A stretch of DNA of 64,000 nt. Origin: an uncultured Verrucomicrobiae bacterium. GTDB taxonomy: Bacteria > Verrucomicrobiota > Verrucomicrobiia > Chthoniobacterales > Chthoniobacteraceae. The DNA is taken from NCBI GenBank assembly GCA_963828525.1, contig CAWHEP010000014.1, positions 96,001-160,000 on the forward strand, in the 5' to 3' direction. The notes under the pieces are model-generated. The model saw nothing but the letters and a program-made list of their open reading frames with translations. It was not told the DNA's origin and did not search any database. The translations under genes and the position numbers were made by a program. Shown here in pieces: positions 42,934 through 54,279 of this stretch (positions are counted from its first letter, which is position 1; every line of letters begins with the position of its first letter).

Positions 42934-43706
42934 ATTCCTGCTTGTATGAATGCGCCGTGATGCACCAGCGACTCGCGCCCCGCCAACACCGCTTTGAGTA
43001 TGGCATTTTCATGTTCTACCTCGACCTGGACGAGTTGGATGAAACCAGCAGTCGCGTTTTAGGTTTCGGTCATAACCGGTGGAATGCTTATTCCTTCAAT
43101 GATAATGACCACTTCCTGGGGGGGACTGGAACGGCCAAGGAGAGGCTTGTCCGATACCTCGCGGAGAATGGCATCGCGTTCCCTGAAGGCGGAAGCGTTC
43201 GGCTGCTTACGCTCCCGCGTGTTTTCGGCTACGTGTTCAACCCTGTGTCTCTCTACTTCTGCTTTGATCCTGACGGCCGGGCATTTTGCTCCGTCGCGGA
43301 AGTGGGCAACACCTTTCGTGAGTCAAAGCCGTTTCTTCTGCGTGACGAGGTCGGGAAAGATCAATTTCGCCTGATTGTTCCGAAGAACTTCTACGTCTCG
43401 CCTTTTTCCGCTCTTGACTTGAAGTTTGACTTCAAGCTCCGCGCTCCTGCGGAGACCCTGGAGATTCATATAGATGACATGGACGGCGGCAACACTGTGC
43501 TGCTCAGCGCGCTAACGGGCAAACGAGCGCCACTCACCAGCGGGCGGCTTGCATGGTTCACCTTGAAGTATCCTTTCATCACTTTGAAGGTGATCGCGCT
43601 CATTCATTGGCAGGCGCTCCGACTATGGGCTAAGCGCATGCCGTGGCACTCCAAAGAGGCCAATCCGGAGTTGCAGCAAGGAGTTCTGAATCCGCGCTCG
43701 TCATGA
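42930..43706 (+). CDS. DUF1365-family protein (UfaO-like)
   Basis: HQR..P..H.F.Y, PRVFGYVFNPVS, EVGNTF, KNFYVSPF, IHWQALRLW. Confidence 0.88.
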   Translation: MNSCLYECAVMHQRLAPRQHRFEYGIFMFYLDLDELDETSSRVLGFGHNRWNAYSFNDNDHFLGGTGTAKERLVRYLAENGIAFPEGGSVRLLTLPRVFGYVFNPVSLYFCFDPDGRAFCSVAEVGNTFRESKPFLLRDEVGKDQFRLIVPKNFYVSPFSALDLKFDFKLRAPAETLEIHIDDMDGGNTVLLSALTGKRAPLTSGRLAWFTLKYPFITLKVIALIHWQALRLWAKRMPWHSKEANPELQQGVLNPRSS

Positions 43707-44966
43707 ACCAGCAACCGGAACAAACGAAGATCGATCTGCCGGCCGCGCCTGCCGCCCGTCCGGAAATCTACCAGCGGATCATCCTGCGGGCGCTGGCCAA
43801 TATGACGCTGGGGCGTCTCCATCTCGAACTTCCCGACCGGTCGCGCCTTCACTTCGGAAGCGGTTCCGATGGGGTTGAGGCTTCTGTACGCGTCAATAAT
43901 CCTTCGTTCTTCAAGCGTTGCGTCATGTTTGGGGACATCGGTTTCGGCGAGGCCTACATCGATGGAGACTGGGATACGGACGACATCACGAGCGTTGTTT
44001 CGTGGTTTATTTTAAACACCTCGAACCTGGCGGCGCTTGCTGGAGGAAGGATGAAAACCGTCATAAACGGGCTGAATGTCATCAACCGAATAAAGCATCT
44101 GCTGCGTCCTAATAGCATCAAGACCAGCCGAAGGAATATTTCGGAGCACTACGACTTGGGAAATGATTTCTACCGGCTTTGGCTTGATGAAGGGATGACC
44201 TACTCGAGCGCCCTTTTCCAGGAAGAAGGCCAGTCGCTTGAGGATGCTCAAACCGCGAAATATGAATCGCTCTGCCGCAAGTTGAAGCTTCGGCGGGGAG
44301 ACCATGTGCTGGAGATCGGCACAGGTTGGGGCGGCTTTAGCTGTCACGCGGCTAGAAACTATGGGTGCCGCGTCACAACGATTACGATTTCCGAGAAGCA
44401 GTTTGAATTCGCGCGGGAACGGTTCCAAAGGGAAGGACTCGCCGACAGGATCGACGCGCGTCTGGAGGATTACCGGAATGTGAGCGGGAAATTCGACAAG
44501 ATTGCATCGATCGAGATGATGGAGGCACTTGGAGACAAGTACCCTTGAAACCTACTTTGCCAAGGTGCATGAGCTTTTGAAGAGCGACGGGGTAGCCGGT
44601 CTTCAATACATCACCGTTCCAGACTGCAGGCACGCTCGACTCAGACAGGGCGTGGATTTCATCCAGAAACATATCTTCCCAGGCTCTCTGTTGCTGAGTG
44701 TTGGCCGTGTGAATCGGGCAATCAACCGGACGGGTGACCTATCCCTTTACTCTCTTGAGGATATGGGAACCTCATACGCGCGCACGCTGAGCGTCTGGCG
44801 CGACCGCTTCAACGCCCGGCTCGACGAAACGCGCGCGCTTGGGTTTGGCGATGCCTTCGTCAGGAAGTGGAACTATTACCTGTCATACTGTGAAGCCGCT
44901 TTCACGATGCGTAATATAAGTGTTGTGCAAGCGATTTACACAAGGCCCGGCAATCGCGGGTTCTGA
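43703..44966 (+). CDS. Cyclopropane-fatty-acyl-phospholipid synthase-family methyltransferase (extra C near 44543)
   Basis: [56 protein letters not shown]. Confidence 0.88.
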
Positions 44967-44997
44967 TCGAGTGGATCCTTGTCGTTTGCCAGATTCA

Positions 44998-45774
44998 ATG
45001 CTGATTTCTTTTCTGGCCGGGCTTGCCATCGCCCTTACTTATTTCGCGATCACGTGGGCAATCAGCGCGAGGGTAAATAATTACGGATTCCTCGATGTGG
45101 CATGGTCCTATGGCGTCCTCATCCTCGCCCCGCTCTACGGCCTGTTTTCACATGGCTCCGCGCTATGGCCTTGGGTTTTTCGCGGCATGGGCATGATCTG
45201 GAGCTTGCGGCTGGGCTCCTATATCCTCCTTCGCGTTCTGAAGCATCATCCCCAGGAAGACGCTCGCTATGCTTCCTTGCGGAACCAGTGGAAGGGCCCG
45301 TGGATGTTCCTTCTTTTTTTCGAGCTGCAGGCAGTGGTTGTCGCGATCTTCTCCCTGCCATTCCTTTTTGTTTCATTTGATCCGCGTCAGGCATTCAGTT
45401 CCATTCAACATTTGGGGCTTTTCTTCGCCGCCTGCGCTATTTGCGGGGAGGCCCTCTCTGACCGGCAAATGCGGGCCTTCAAAGCCAGGCCTGAAAACAA
45501 GGATCGCGTGTGCCAGGCGGGGTTGTGGAAGTATTCGCGCCATCCGAATTACTTCTTCGAGTCCATGGTTTGGTGGGCATTCTTCTTCGTCGCGCTTCCC
45601 ACTCCTTATGGTTGGACCACTATAGTGTGTCCGCTGCTGATGCTATACTTTCTATGGAAGGTCACGGGCATTCCGCTCACGGAAGAGTATGCTCTCAAAA
45701 GCAAGGGAGCGGCGTATCAGGAGTATCAGAGAACCACCAGCGCCTTCATTCCCTGGTTTAAGAAACACCCATGA
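44998..45774 (+). CDS. DUF1295 family (steroid-5-alpha-reductase-like) membrane protein
   Basis: [43 protein letters not shown]. Confidence 0.88.
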   Translation: MLISFLAGLAIALTYFAITWAISARVNNYGFLDVAWSYGVLILAPLYGLFSHGSALWPWVFRGMGMIWSLRLGSYILLRVLKHHPQEDARYASLRNQWKGPWMFLLFFELQAVVVAIFSLPFLFVSFDPRQAFSSIQHLGLFFAACAICGEALSDRQMRAFKARPENKDRVCQAGLWKYSRHPNYFFESMVWWAFFFVALPTPYGWTTIVCPLLMLYFLWKVTGIPLTEEYALKSKGAAYQEYQRTTSAFIPWFKKHP

Positions 45775-46799
45775 TCTCGCTCGACCAGCTTCTCCAAACC
45801 AACGTTCTTCCAGACAGCCTGATCCGGATCGGCATTCGTCACATGCTTGGCGAAAAGCTGAAGGAGGAAAATGCCGGCGGGGTCGAAAAGCAGAAAGCAG
45901 CGCTTCTGGCTCACATAGCGGGGCTCAAAGCCAGCCCCATCGCCATTGATACCCGTCGCGCCAACGAGCAGCACTACGAAGTTCCAACGCGCTTTTTCCA
46001 GTTGGTGTTGGGAAAGCGGCTCAAGTATAGCTCCGGCTATTGGCCGAAGGAAGGCGGCACCCTGGACGAAGCGGAAGAAGCGATGCTTGCTCTCACCTGT
46101 GAGCGCGCGGAGATCGCCGATGGCCATCGCGTGCTGGAACTCGGCTGTGGCTGGGGCTCGCTTTCCCTGTGGCTTGCTGAGAAGTATCCCGCCGCTCGCA
46201 TCGTGGGAGTTTCAAATTCTGCGACCCAGAAGCTCCACATCGATGGTGAGGCTGCTCGACGTGGGCTGGGAAATCTCGAGATCATCACGAGTGACATGAA
46301 CGTCTTTGACACCGGGGGAAGCTTCGACCGGGTTGTCTCCGTCGAGATGTTCGAGCACATGAAAAACTATCAGATGCTGATGGGGAAGATCGCGGGGTGG
46401 CTTGCTCCGGATGGCAAACTATTCGTCCACATCTTCACCCATCGTGAATACGCCTATCATTATCTGGATGAGAGCTCCAACGACTGGATGACCCGCTATT
46501 TCTTCGCGGGTGGTCAGATGCCATCGGATGACCTGCTCTTATACTTTCAGGATGATCTCAGGATCCAGCAGCACTGGAACGTGAGCGGCCAGCATTATCA
46601 GAAAACGGCGGAAGCATGGCTCGCGAACATGGACAGGCACGGAGAGGAAATCCGCCCGCTGCTTGCCGAGACTTACGGCGCGGATCAGACAAAGCGCTGG
46701 TGGGCGTATTGGCGTGTTTTCTTTATGGCTTGCGCCGAGCTTTGGGGTTATCGCGATGGCGGCGAGTGGCTCGTCTCGCATTACCTCTTCGCCAAGTAG
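45771..46799 (+). CDS. Class I SAM-dependent methyltransferase (CFA/coclaurine-N-methyltransferase-like)
   Basis: [49 protein letters not shown]. Confidence 0.88.
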   Translation: MISLDQLLQTNVLPDSLIRIGIRHMLGEKLKEENAGGVEKQKAALLAHIAGLKASPIAIDTRRANEQHYEVPTRFFQLVLGKRLKYSSGYWPKEGGTLDEAEEAMLALTCERAEIADGHRVLELGCGWGSLSLWLAEKYPAARIVGVSNSATQKLHIDGEAARRGLGNLEIITSDMNVFDTGGSFDRVVSVEMFEHMKNYQMLMGKIAGWLAPDGKLFVHIFTHREYAYHYLDESSNDWMTRYFFAGGQMPSDDLLLYFQDDLRIQQHWNVSGQHYQKTAEAWLANMDRHGEEIRPLLAETYGADQTKRWWAYWRVFFMACAELWGYRDGGEWLVSHYLFAK

Positions 46800-46802
46800 A
46801 GC

Positions 46803-47546
46803 TTAGTCGAAATGCGCCGGCTTCGCGATTCCCCACTTTGCCAGGCGAAACTCCACTGCCGTGGAGAGGCAGCCCAAGCCATAGCGAACGCTGCGTTGGA
46901 AATTGATGGACGAAGCCTCCGCGAAATATTTCGTCGGGCAGCTTACCTCCCCAATGGTGTAGCCGAGCCAGAGGATTTGGGCGAGCATCTGGTTGTCGAA
47001 CACGAAATCATCGGAGTTCTTGTGAAGGGGTAGTTTCTCAAGAAGGGCGCGAGAGAACGCGCGATAGCCGGTGTGGTATTCCGAAAGCTTGGCGCCGAGC
47101 ATCACATTTTCGCCGAAGGTCAGCATCCGGTTCGCTACGTATTTCCACGAGGGCATGCCACCTTGAAGCGCGTAGCCGCCGAGAATACGTGACCCAAGCA
47201 CACAATGGTACAGATCGTTGGCGATCAGCGAAGCCATCGCGGGGATCAGCTTCGGGGTGTACTGATAGTCGGGATGCACCATGATGATGATGTCCGCTTT
47301 TTCCTCCAGCGCGACGCGGTAGCAGGTCTTCTGATTCGCCCCGTAGCCCATGTTCTTGGCGTGGATATGCACCGTCGTTTGCGGCAGCGTCCGCGCGATG
47401 GAGACGGTCTCATCCCGGCTTCCGTCATCCACGAGAATGATCTGATCCACAATGCCCTGCTCCAGAACTTCGGCGTGCGTAATCTCCAACGTCTTGGCGG
47501 CGTTGTAAGCCGGCATCACGACGATCACCCTCTGGTTTTTAAACAT
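46803..47546 (-). CDS. Glycosyltransferase family 2 (DPM1-like)
   Basis: VVMPAYN, LVDDGS.D, NMGYGANQK, HPDYQY, SEYHTGYRAF. Confidence 0.9.
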   Translation of the reverse strand: MFKNQRVIVVMPAYNAAKTLEITHAEVLEQGIVDQIILVDDGSRDETVSIARTLPQTTVHIHAKNMGYGANQKTCYRVALEEKADIIIMVHPDYQYTPKLIPAMASLIANDLYHCVLGSRILGGYALQGGMPSWKYVANRMLTFGENVMLGAKLSEYHTGYRAFSRALLEKLPLHKNSDDFVFDNQMLAQILWLGYTIGEVSCPTKYFAEASSINFQRSVRYGLGCLSTAVEFRLAKWGIAKPAHFD

Positions 47547-47647
47547 GAAAAAATTGAGGGAAGGTTCTCGAGGATCTAAAAGCCTTTGGAAAAGCGGATT
47601 ACACGACTACAAAATCCAGCTCCCCTCGTAAAGCTTTCACTCAAAAC

Positions 47648-48580
47648 ATGGCCAAAGCGAAATTCCTTCTGCGCTGCGTCGTCTCCCTGGCGCTCCTGGC
47701 CCTTGTAGCCCGCAAAGTGGACTGGCATGCGCTTGCCTCCGTGCTTGCCCGGGTCCAGACGGGGTGGGCTGCCGCCGGGTGGTCATTGACTCTCTTGCTA
47801 ATTGTCTGCCTTGCCCTGCGCTGGCGTATCTTTCTGAACCAGCAAAAGATTATCCTCCCGTTCGGGACGATCTTTTCGCTCACCTGGGCGGGTCAGTTCT
47901 TCAACTCCGTTCTGCCAGGCAGCACCGGAGGCGACTTTGTTAAAATCTTTCAACTCTGCCGGCTGGCGCCCGACAGGAAGGCGCCCGCCGCGGCCTCGGT
48001 GCTGGTTGACCGCTTCTCAGCTTCGGTGGCCTTGCTGGCCCTTGCTGCCATTGCAATCGTGCTCGACCCAGCTCCGCTCAAGGACATCTCTCCTCCCGGC
48101 GTGTCAGTCCGTGTTCTTTTCGCATGCGGGCTAGGCGCCGCTCTGCTCGCGGCCGCTGCCGGAGGAATCGCGTTTCGTTTCATCAGCAGGACGCGGTGGT
48201 TGGGCCGCATCCAGCGGACGCTCGCCGCGCTCAGAACCAATCTTTCACTCAACACGGGTCTTGTCGCCGCGTCCGTCCTCGCGCTTGGCACGCATCTTCT
48301 GAACTTCTTCATCATTTTCCTCTTCGCGCGTTCCTTGGGCATCGCGGTGACTTATCCGCAAATTCTCCTCATGATGCCCGTCGTCCTCCTGCTGGTTATG
48401 ATGCCAGTCACCGTCAACGGCCATGGGCTCAGGGAGGTGATCCTGATCTACTATTTTAAACACCTGCGCCTCTCGATCGCCCTTCATCAAAATGTTGGAG
48501 TCAACGAAGCCGCGATTGCGCTTTCCGTGCTGATGGTCACAAACGATCTGTTGTGGAGCTTTCCGGGCGGACTGTGGTAA
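47648..48580 (+). CDS. Lysylphosphatidylglycerol-synthase TM-domain (flippase-like) membrane protein
   Basis: RWR, FFNSVLPGSTGGD, SVLVDR, PVTVNGHGLRE. Confidence 0.82.
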   Translation: MAKAKFLLRCVVSLALLALVARKVDWHALASVLARVQTGWAAAGWSLTLLLIVCLALRWRIFLNQQKIILPFGTIFSLTWAGQFFNSVLPGSTGGDFVKIFQLCRLAPDRKAPAAASVLVDRFSASVALLALAAIAIVLDPAPLKDISPPGVSVRVLFACGLGAALLAAAAGGIAFRFISRTRWLGRIQRTLAALRTNLSLNTGLVAASVLALGTHLLNFFIIFLFARSLGIAVTYPQILLMMPVVLLLVMMPVTVNGHGLREVILIYYFKHLRLSIALHQNVGVNEAAIALSVLMVTNDLLWSFPGGLW

Positions 48581-48616
48581 TTCTTCAGAATCAAGAAATA
48601 GCGCCAGATACCCCTC

Positions 48617-49953
48617 TTACTGCGGGGCCGCGCTGGCCTGAGCGGGCACGACCCGCATCGTTACGAATGCCGCCAAGGCGCAAATGACAGCCCCGCCCGC
48701 GATTGCCACAGGGGCGGAGCTTGCCCGGGCGGCCGCGCCCGCCATGAGGCTCCCGACCGGGCTTAGCCCGATAAATGCAAGAGCGTAGATGCCCATGATT
48801 CTCCCTCGGAGCGCGTCCGGAGAGCGGAGCTGAACAGAGGTGTTCGCGCTGGCAAAGAACACGATCATGAACCAGCCCGCGCAGGCGAGCGCGCATCCGG
48901 AGAGCCATACGCTTGTGGAAAGCGCGAAGACGAATGTCATGGCGCTGAAGCCGAAAACCCCCGTGAAGATGAGCTTTCGCCGATTTGCGCCATCTCCGAG
49001 GATTGCGAGAGAAAGCGCGCCTGCCAGCGCCCCGATGCCATTGGCAGCCATCAAGAGGCCGTAACCGGTCGCGCCCACGTGAAGAATGTCTTTCGCAAAG
49101 ACCGGCATGAGGACCGAGTAAGGCCACCCGAAAAGGCTGACGATTGCCACCAGCGCAACGACCGCTCGCAGCGAGCGGTGGCCTGCCACGAAGCGCACCG
49201 CCTCGCTCGTTGCCTCGCGGATGGTTTGGGAGGTGTCCGTCATTGGCCGCTGCGGAAGGCGCATCGCGAGGTAACCGGCTATCACAGCCATGAAGGACAG
49301 CCCATTGAGGAAGAAGCAGCCCGCGATTCCCACAAGGCTGATCAGAACCCCCGCGAGCGCTGGGCCGAAGACGCGCGCCCGTTAAACATCGAGGAATTTA
49401 ACGCGATGGCATTCATCAGGTCTTCCTTGCCCACCATTTCCACTACGAAGCTCTGCCGCGCCGGCACGTCGAACGCGTTCGAGATCCCGAGAAAGAATGC
49501 CAGCACCGCGACATGCCACACTTTTACGGAGCCGAAATGCACGAGTCCCGCCAGCGTGAACGCCAGGATCATCGCGGCGATTTGAGTCACAAGCAGGATC
49601 CGACGCTTGTCGAAGCGATCCGCCACAGCGCCTCCGATCAATGTCAGCGCAGTGAATGGCACGGTGTTCAGGAACCGGATGAAACCCAGCGTAAAACTGG
49701 AGTTGCTGAGCTCATAGACAAGCCAGCCCTCCGCCACCATTTGCATCCAGGTGCCTACGAGCGACACCAGTTGTCCCGCGAAAAAGAGGCGGTAGTTCCG
49801 ATGTCGGAATGCGAGAAAGGTATTCCGCCAGCTTATTCGACCCACCACAACCTGACGGTGTCCGCCTGCCACATCTGGCGGAACACGCGCGATCTCCGGT
49901 GGCGAAGCGCTGTTGGGCTCGCCGGTCCCTGGCGAAGGGTCAGGCGCGGCCAT
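48617..49953 (-). CDS. MFS transporter (DUF894-like), frameshift near 49379
   Basis: [41 protein letters not shown]; adding one G joins FNG to [10 protein letters not shown] and the 48617-49333 ORF. Confidence 0.85.
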
Positions 49954-51232
49954 GCACCCGGGCAGCCACCTTCAGCCGGAGCGCGTTGAGACTGATGAAG
50001 CCTGTGGCGTCCGTCTGGTTGTAAGCCTGCGTCGGATCGGCCTCCATCGTCGCGATATGCGGATTGTACAGGCTGAGCGGACTCTTTCTCCCTGCTGTAA
50101 TGATGTTGCCTTTGTACAGTTTCAGACGCGCGACGCCGCTCGCGTTCTTCTGCGTCTCGGTCACCAGCGCCTGCAAGGCCTCCCGCTCCGGGGCAAACCA
50201 AAAGCCGTTATAAACCAGGGTGGCGTACTTGGGGAGGAACGAATCTCGCAGATGCATGACTTCCCGATCCATCGTTAAGGATTCCACCTGCCGATGAGCG
50301 AAATAAAGGATGGCTCCTCCCGGAGTTTCATACACGCCACGGCTCTTCATCCCTACGAACCGGTTCTCGACAAGATCCACCCTCCCAATCCCATGACGGC
50401 CCCCAAGCTTGTTAAGCACCTTCATGATCCAAAGCGGATTCAGCAGCGCGTGTTTATCCTCTTCGTACTCTGGCTCGCCCTGGAAACCCAGCTCTCCGAG
50501 GAGGTGTTCGAGTTCACTATAGCCGATGCCTATGCAATTCCCTTTCTCGAACAGCAGCTCCACGTGCTCCGCTCTGTCAGGAGCCTCCTCCGGAGAAACG
50601 CTCAGGATGTACATTTCGCGCGTCTTCTCCGCGCTGGCGTCGAACCATGGATCTTCAAGGATGCCGCTCTCGAAGCTGATGTGCAGAAGGTTCCTGTCCA
50701 TGGAATAGGGCTTTTTTGCCGTTGCCGCGACGGGAATTCCATTCTTCTCCGCGAACGCGATCATCTCAGCGCGTCCCGGAAACGCGGCGCGAAACCGCTC
50801 TTCCCGCCATGGGGCGATTACTTGTAAATCAGGCGCCAAAGCCGCGGCAGTCAGCTCAAAACGAACCTGGTCGTTTCCCTTCCCGGTGGCTCCGTGCGCG
50901 ACGGCGTCCGCGCCCTCCAGTCGCGCGATCTCGACCATCCGCTTCGCAATCAGGGGGCGGGCTATGCTGGTGCCGAGGTAATATTGATTTTCATATAGCG
51001 CCCCGGCTTGAACCATGGGGAAGATGAAATCACGGGCAAATTCCTCGCGCAGGTCGTCAATATGGCATTTTGAAGCGCCGGTGCTCAGCGCCTTCGCTTC
51101 GAGACCATCCAGCTCCTCCTCCTGACCCACATCCGCGCAAAACGCGATCACTTCAGCGCTATAGGTTTCCTTGATCCAGCTAAGGATTACGGATGTGTCC
51201 AGTCCGCCTGAATAAGCGACGATGATTTTCAT
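49940..51232 (-). CDS. argG: Argininosuccinate synthase
   Basis: [47 protein letters not shown]. Confidence 0.96.
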   Translation of the reverse strand: MKIIVAYSGGLDTSVILSWIKETYSAEVIAFCADVGQEEELDGLEAKALSTGASKCHIDDLREEFARDFIFPMVQAGALYENQYYLGTSIARPLIAKRMVEIARLEGADAVAHGATGKGNDQVRFELTAAALAPDLQVIAPWREERFRAAFPGRAEMIAFAEKNGIPVAATAKKPYSMDRNLLHISFESGILEDPWFDASAEKTREMYILSVSPEEAPDRAEHVELLFEKGNCIGIGYSELEHLLGELGFQGEPEYEEDKHALLNPLWIMKVLNKLGGRHGIGRVDLVENRFVGMKSRGVYETPGGAILYFAHRQVESLTMDREVMHLRDSFLPKYATLVYNGFWFAPEREALQALVTETQKNASGVARLKLYKGNIITAGRKSPLSLYNPHIATMEADPTQAYNQTDATGFISLNALRLKVAARVHGRA

Positions 51233-51409
51233 AGAGCCTCACCTCATACAATGGGAGGGAGGATGTTTCCACCATTAACGAAATCGGTCGCGCGCTGGAG
51301 CTGCGTCATTCCCCGAAAAGAGTTGCGCGCATTGCTGGGCCGCGACTTAATTGCGCGAAAGAACCTTCGCGGAACTCTGCTCTTCGTTTGTTCCTCGCGC
51401 GTTCCGCAT

Positions 51410-52765
51410 ATGCCAAAAACAAAGAAAAAGGCGCTCGCTTCGGATGCCTCCTTTGCTGAAAGGGCGGCTCGCGGTCGCGCTTGCCGGGATAGCGTATCCC
51501 GGGCAACCCAAGGCGCGTGGAAAGCTCCGCCAAACAGGATCGATCCCGCCCGCGCGGTGGCGGCCGCGGACCGCGGCCGCTTGCCTGACCTGATACCGCT
51601 CAAGATGGGACGGATGGCCGAGTCGCCTTTTTCGTTCTTCCGGGGCTCGGCGACACTCATGGCGGCGGACCTCGCTTCTCTCCCGTACACGGATCTGCCA
51701 GTGCAACTGTGCGGGGATGCCCACGTGCGTAATCTCGGCGCGTTTGCAGCTCCGGATGGCAGGCTCGTCTTCGATATCAACGATTTCGACGAAACCATCC
51801 CCGGCCCGTGGGAGTGGGATGTAAAGCGTCTTGCCACGAGCATCGTGCTCGCTGGCCTTGAGGCGGGGGATCGCCGGAAGGAAGCCACCGAGGCCGTCAA
51901 AGTATTCTCCGCTTCCTACCGCGAGTCGCTGCAGGTCTTTTCACGAATGCGTGTGACTGAACTCGCCAGGTATGAAATCCGCCGCTCTCCGCGCTACTCG
52001 GCGGTGCGCTCCGTGCTGGTGAAAGCGGAACGCGCGACTCCTTTGCGCGCCTTGGGCAAGCTTACAGAGGCCACGCCCGACAAGACTCCGCGTTTCCACG
52101 ACAATATGCCCCTCCTGCGGCATGTCCCCGACGAGACCGCTGAAAAGGTGATCGCTTCCATAAAGGAATACCGGGAGACTTTGAACGCGGGCAGGCGTCT
52201 CGTTCTGGATGGCTATCGCCCCGTTGACGTCGCGTTCAAAGTCGTCGGCACAGGCAGCATCGGCACCCGGGACTATGTTGTGCTCCTGTTTGGCAACAGC
52301 GTAAGAGATCCCTTGTTTTTGCAATTCAAGGAGGAACTTTTCTCCTGCTACGTTCCGTACCTGCCTGGCGCTTCCGCGTTCGCCCATCAAGGGCGCCGTG
52401 TCGCGGAGGGCCAGCAATGCATGCAAACTGCCGCTACAGACCCGTTTCTTGGATGGACGACCATCGAGGGGAGAGACTTCCTCGTTCGCCAGCTCTCCGA
52501 CCATAAGGCGGCTCTCGATCCGGCAGAACTGCGCGGTTCCACGCTCACCGAATACGCTCTTGTCTGCGGCGAAGCGCTCGCGAAAGCCCACGCCCGCACT
52601 GGAGATGCCGTCGCTCTCGCCGCGTATTGCGGGATATCCGACAAGCTGGACTCGGCAATCGCGACATTCGGCGCCGCGTACGCGGAGCAAGTCGCGCGCG
52701 ATTTCGACGTGTTCATCAAGGCCATCAAGGACGGCAGGATTGAGACCGCTCCAATCGTTGCGTAG
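51410..52765 (+). CDS. DUF2252-family protein
   Basis: RMAESPFSFFRG, CGDAH..N.G, FDINDFDE, DVKRL..S, KVVGTGS.G, LQFKE, LAKAHAR. Confidence 0.85.
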   Translation: MPKTKKKALASDASFAERAARGRACRDSVSRATQGAWKAPPNRIDPARAVAAADRGRLPDLIPLKMGRMAESPFSFFRGSATLMAADLASLPYTDLPVQLCGDAHVRNLGAFAAPDGRLVFDINDFDETIPGPWEWDVKRLATSIVLAGLEAGDRRKEATEAVKVFSASYRESLQVFSRMRVTELARYEIRRSPRYSAVRSVLVKAERATPLRALGKLTEATPDKTPRFHDNMPLLRHVPDETAEKVIASIKEYRETLNAGRRLVLDGYRPVDVAFKVVGTGSIGTRDYVVLLFGNSVRDPLFLQFKEELFSCYVPYLPGASAFAHQGRRVAEGQQCMQTAATDPFLGWTTIEGRDFLVRQLSDHKAALDPAELRGSTLTEYALVCGEALAKAHARTGDAVALAAYCGISDKLDSAIATFGAAYAEQVARDFDVFIKAIKDGRIETAPIVA

Positions 52766-52871
52766 GAAGATGGCTTATTCGCCTTTGGTGACTCCGGGAT
52801 GGATGCGCTGTAAAGCCGCATAAAGTGTTTGATGCGCTCCCGGCTTTATACTACCTTCCCCCTCCTCTCAA

Positions 52872-52945
52872 GGAGTCTTAGCTCAACTGGTTAGAGCGCC
52901 GCCCTGTCACGGCGGAGGTTGCGGGTTCGAGCCCCGTAGACTCCG
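52872..52945 (+). tRNA. tRNA-Asp (GTC)
   Basis: GGAGTCT/AGACTCC acceptor stem, D-arm GCTC-AACTGGTTA-GAGC, anticodon arm CCGCC-CTGTCAC-GGCGG, T-loop GGTTCGAG; CCA not encoded. Confidence 0.96.
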
Positions 52946-53132
52946 GTTTCCTAGTCCGCCGCAAGCATCGTTGATTATGGTGTGGGTGGCTGACTCTCCT
53001 AAGGATTAAGGATCGTCACACCGTTCCTACGATCTCTCTTACAGCGTGTCACTCCGCCCGATGGAGCACTACGACCCGTGAACCAGAAGGGCAGCGGGAT
53101 CTACCGTCTCGAGGCGAAGGGTCGTTCACCCG

Positions 53133-53235
53133 GCCTAACCGCGCGTTCCAGCGAACAGAGGCTGGCGGTCCGGCTCTCTTCCGTGTTTACTTCCTTCGTC
53201 GGCAGCCCCTGTCACTGAGTTTGAGTTCGTGAGGC
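53133..53235 (+). repeat. attC site 1 (R' degenerate, GTGAGGC)
   Basis: GCCTAAC-CGCGC-GTTCCAGCGAACAGAGGCTGGCG...CGGCAGCCCCTGTCACTGAGT-TTGAGTTC-GTGAGGC. Confidence 0.85.
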
Positions 53236-53251
53236 GGCCAGACGCTTTCTG

Positions 53252-53773
53252 ATGAAAATCACGGTTACTTGTCTTCTGCTCGTCGGCTTGGTGTCATCTT
53301 GCCTGGCGGACGATGCGTTGAAGCAAGTCACGAAAATCTCTAAAGGGCCGCTGAATGTCGAAGCCGAGATCAAGGCATATTATCTCCAGCTCACTACCGG
53401 CGACACAGACGTGCAGAAACAAGTTCAGACTCTTACCGCAAAATCACAAGACCAGAATGGCGGAATCTATCACGCCTATGAGCCACACGTCGTAGAATGG
53501 TTTCCCACCGAGTCAAACTGGGACGTAGGCAAGGGCGCCTCTGACATGACGGGACGCTTTCTCGTCATCCAGAACGTTGGTTATGGTCGTGGCAAGCGCG
53601 CGGGGTACGACACAGCCTTGATGGCAGAGTTCGAGGCGGTCGAGGAAAGCACCTCGACCAAGCTTGATCCCAGGCACGAAAGCCGTACTCCAAAGGTTTT
53701 ATCCGCGAAGCTGACCCTTCGGTTTCTCGGTTTCCGCAACGCCAGTCTGTCACCAGCATCGAATCTACCGTGA
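53252..53773 (+). CDS. Cassette gene: hypothetical exported protein
   Basis: 173-aa ORF with N-terminal signal peptide filling the space between attC1 and attC2. Confidence 0.75.
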   Translation: MKITVTCLLLVGLVSSCLADDALKQVTKISKGPLNVEAEIKAYYLQLTTGDTDVQKQVQTLTAKSQDQNGGIYHAYEPHVVEWFPTESNWDVGKGASDMTGRFLVIQNVGYGRGKRAGYDTALMAEFEAVEESTSTKLDPRHESRTPKVLSAKLTLRFLGFRNASLSPASNLP

Positions 53774-53777
53774 GATC

Positions 53778-53878
53778 CCCTAACCACGCGCTCCAGCGAA
53801 CCGAGGCTGGCGTTGGCTTGTCCTTGCATCCACATCCTTCCTCGCCATCCTTTGGCATTGAGCCTGGGTTCGTCAGTA
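53778..53878 (+). repeat. attC site 2 (right arm degenerate)
   Basis: CCCTAAC-CACGC-GCTCCAGCGAACCGAGGCTGGCG...CGCCATCCTTTGGCATTGAGC-CTGGGTTC-GTCAGTA. Confidence 0.8.
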
Positions 53879-53902
53879 ACGCGACACTCTGCACACCTTC
53901 CT

Positions 53903-54272
53903 ATGAAGCATTTCATCTGCGTATCGCTCGTTGCGGTTTGCTCCATTCTGCTTGGTGGATGTGGAGCGCAACGCCATTCCAGAACGCTTTTGGAGGTTTC
54001 AGAGCAGTTGACCGATCAGTTTCGCAGCCAGTACCGACTCCGTGCCGCGAGTGTCGCCAGCACGCAAGCTGAAGAGTGTCCAGATCACCGGTTTTTCCAC
54101 CCCTTCTGGCAACCCGCGCTCCTACCTCGGCATCCGCGTACTTTGGGAGGGGCCAGACAAAAGGACCGAGACCGACATCCCGATGATTCAACTCGGCGAT
54201 GGTCTCTTCGGGGTCACCTATACCGATCCTGACACCAAGGAAGGATTCTCAGCTGTGCTTTCCTTCCGGTAG
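53903..54272 (+). CDS. Cassette gene: hypothetical lipoprotein, frameshifted near 54060
   Basis: MKHFICVSLVAVCSILLGGC lipobox; continues in another frame as RKLKSVQITGF...GFSAVLSFR*, ending 7 nt before attC3. Confidence 0.6.
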
Positions 54273-54279
54273 CCGTAGG

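Noticed and set aside
48578..48601. Premature stop in the flippase-like gene (GGLW*FFRIKK*)
   Set aside because: It would remove only ~7 residues and may be a single-base error; not informative.
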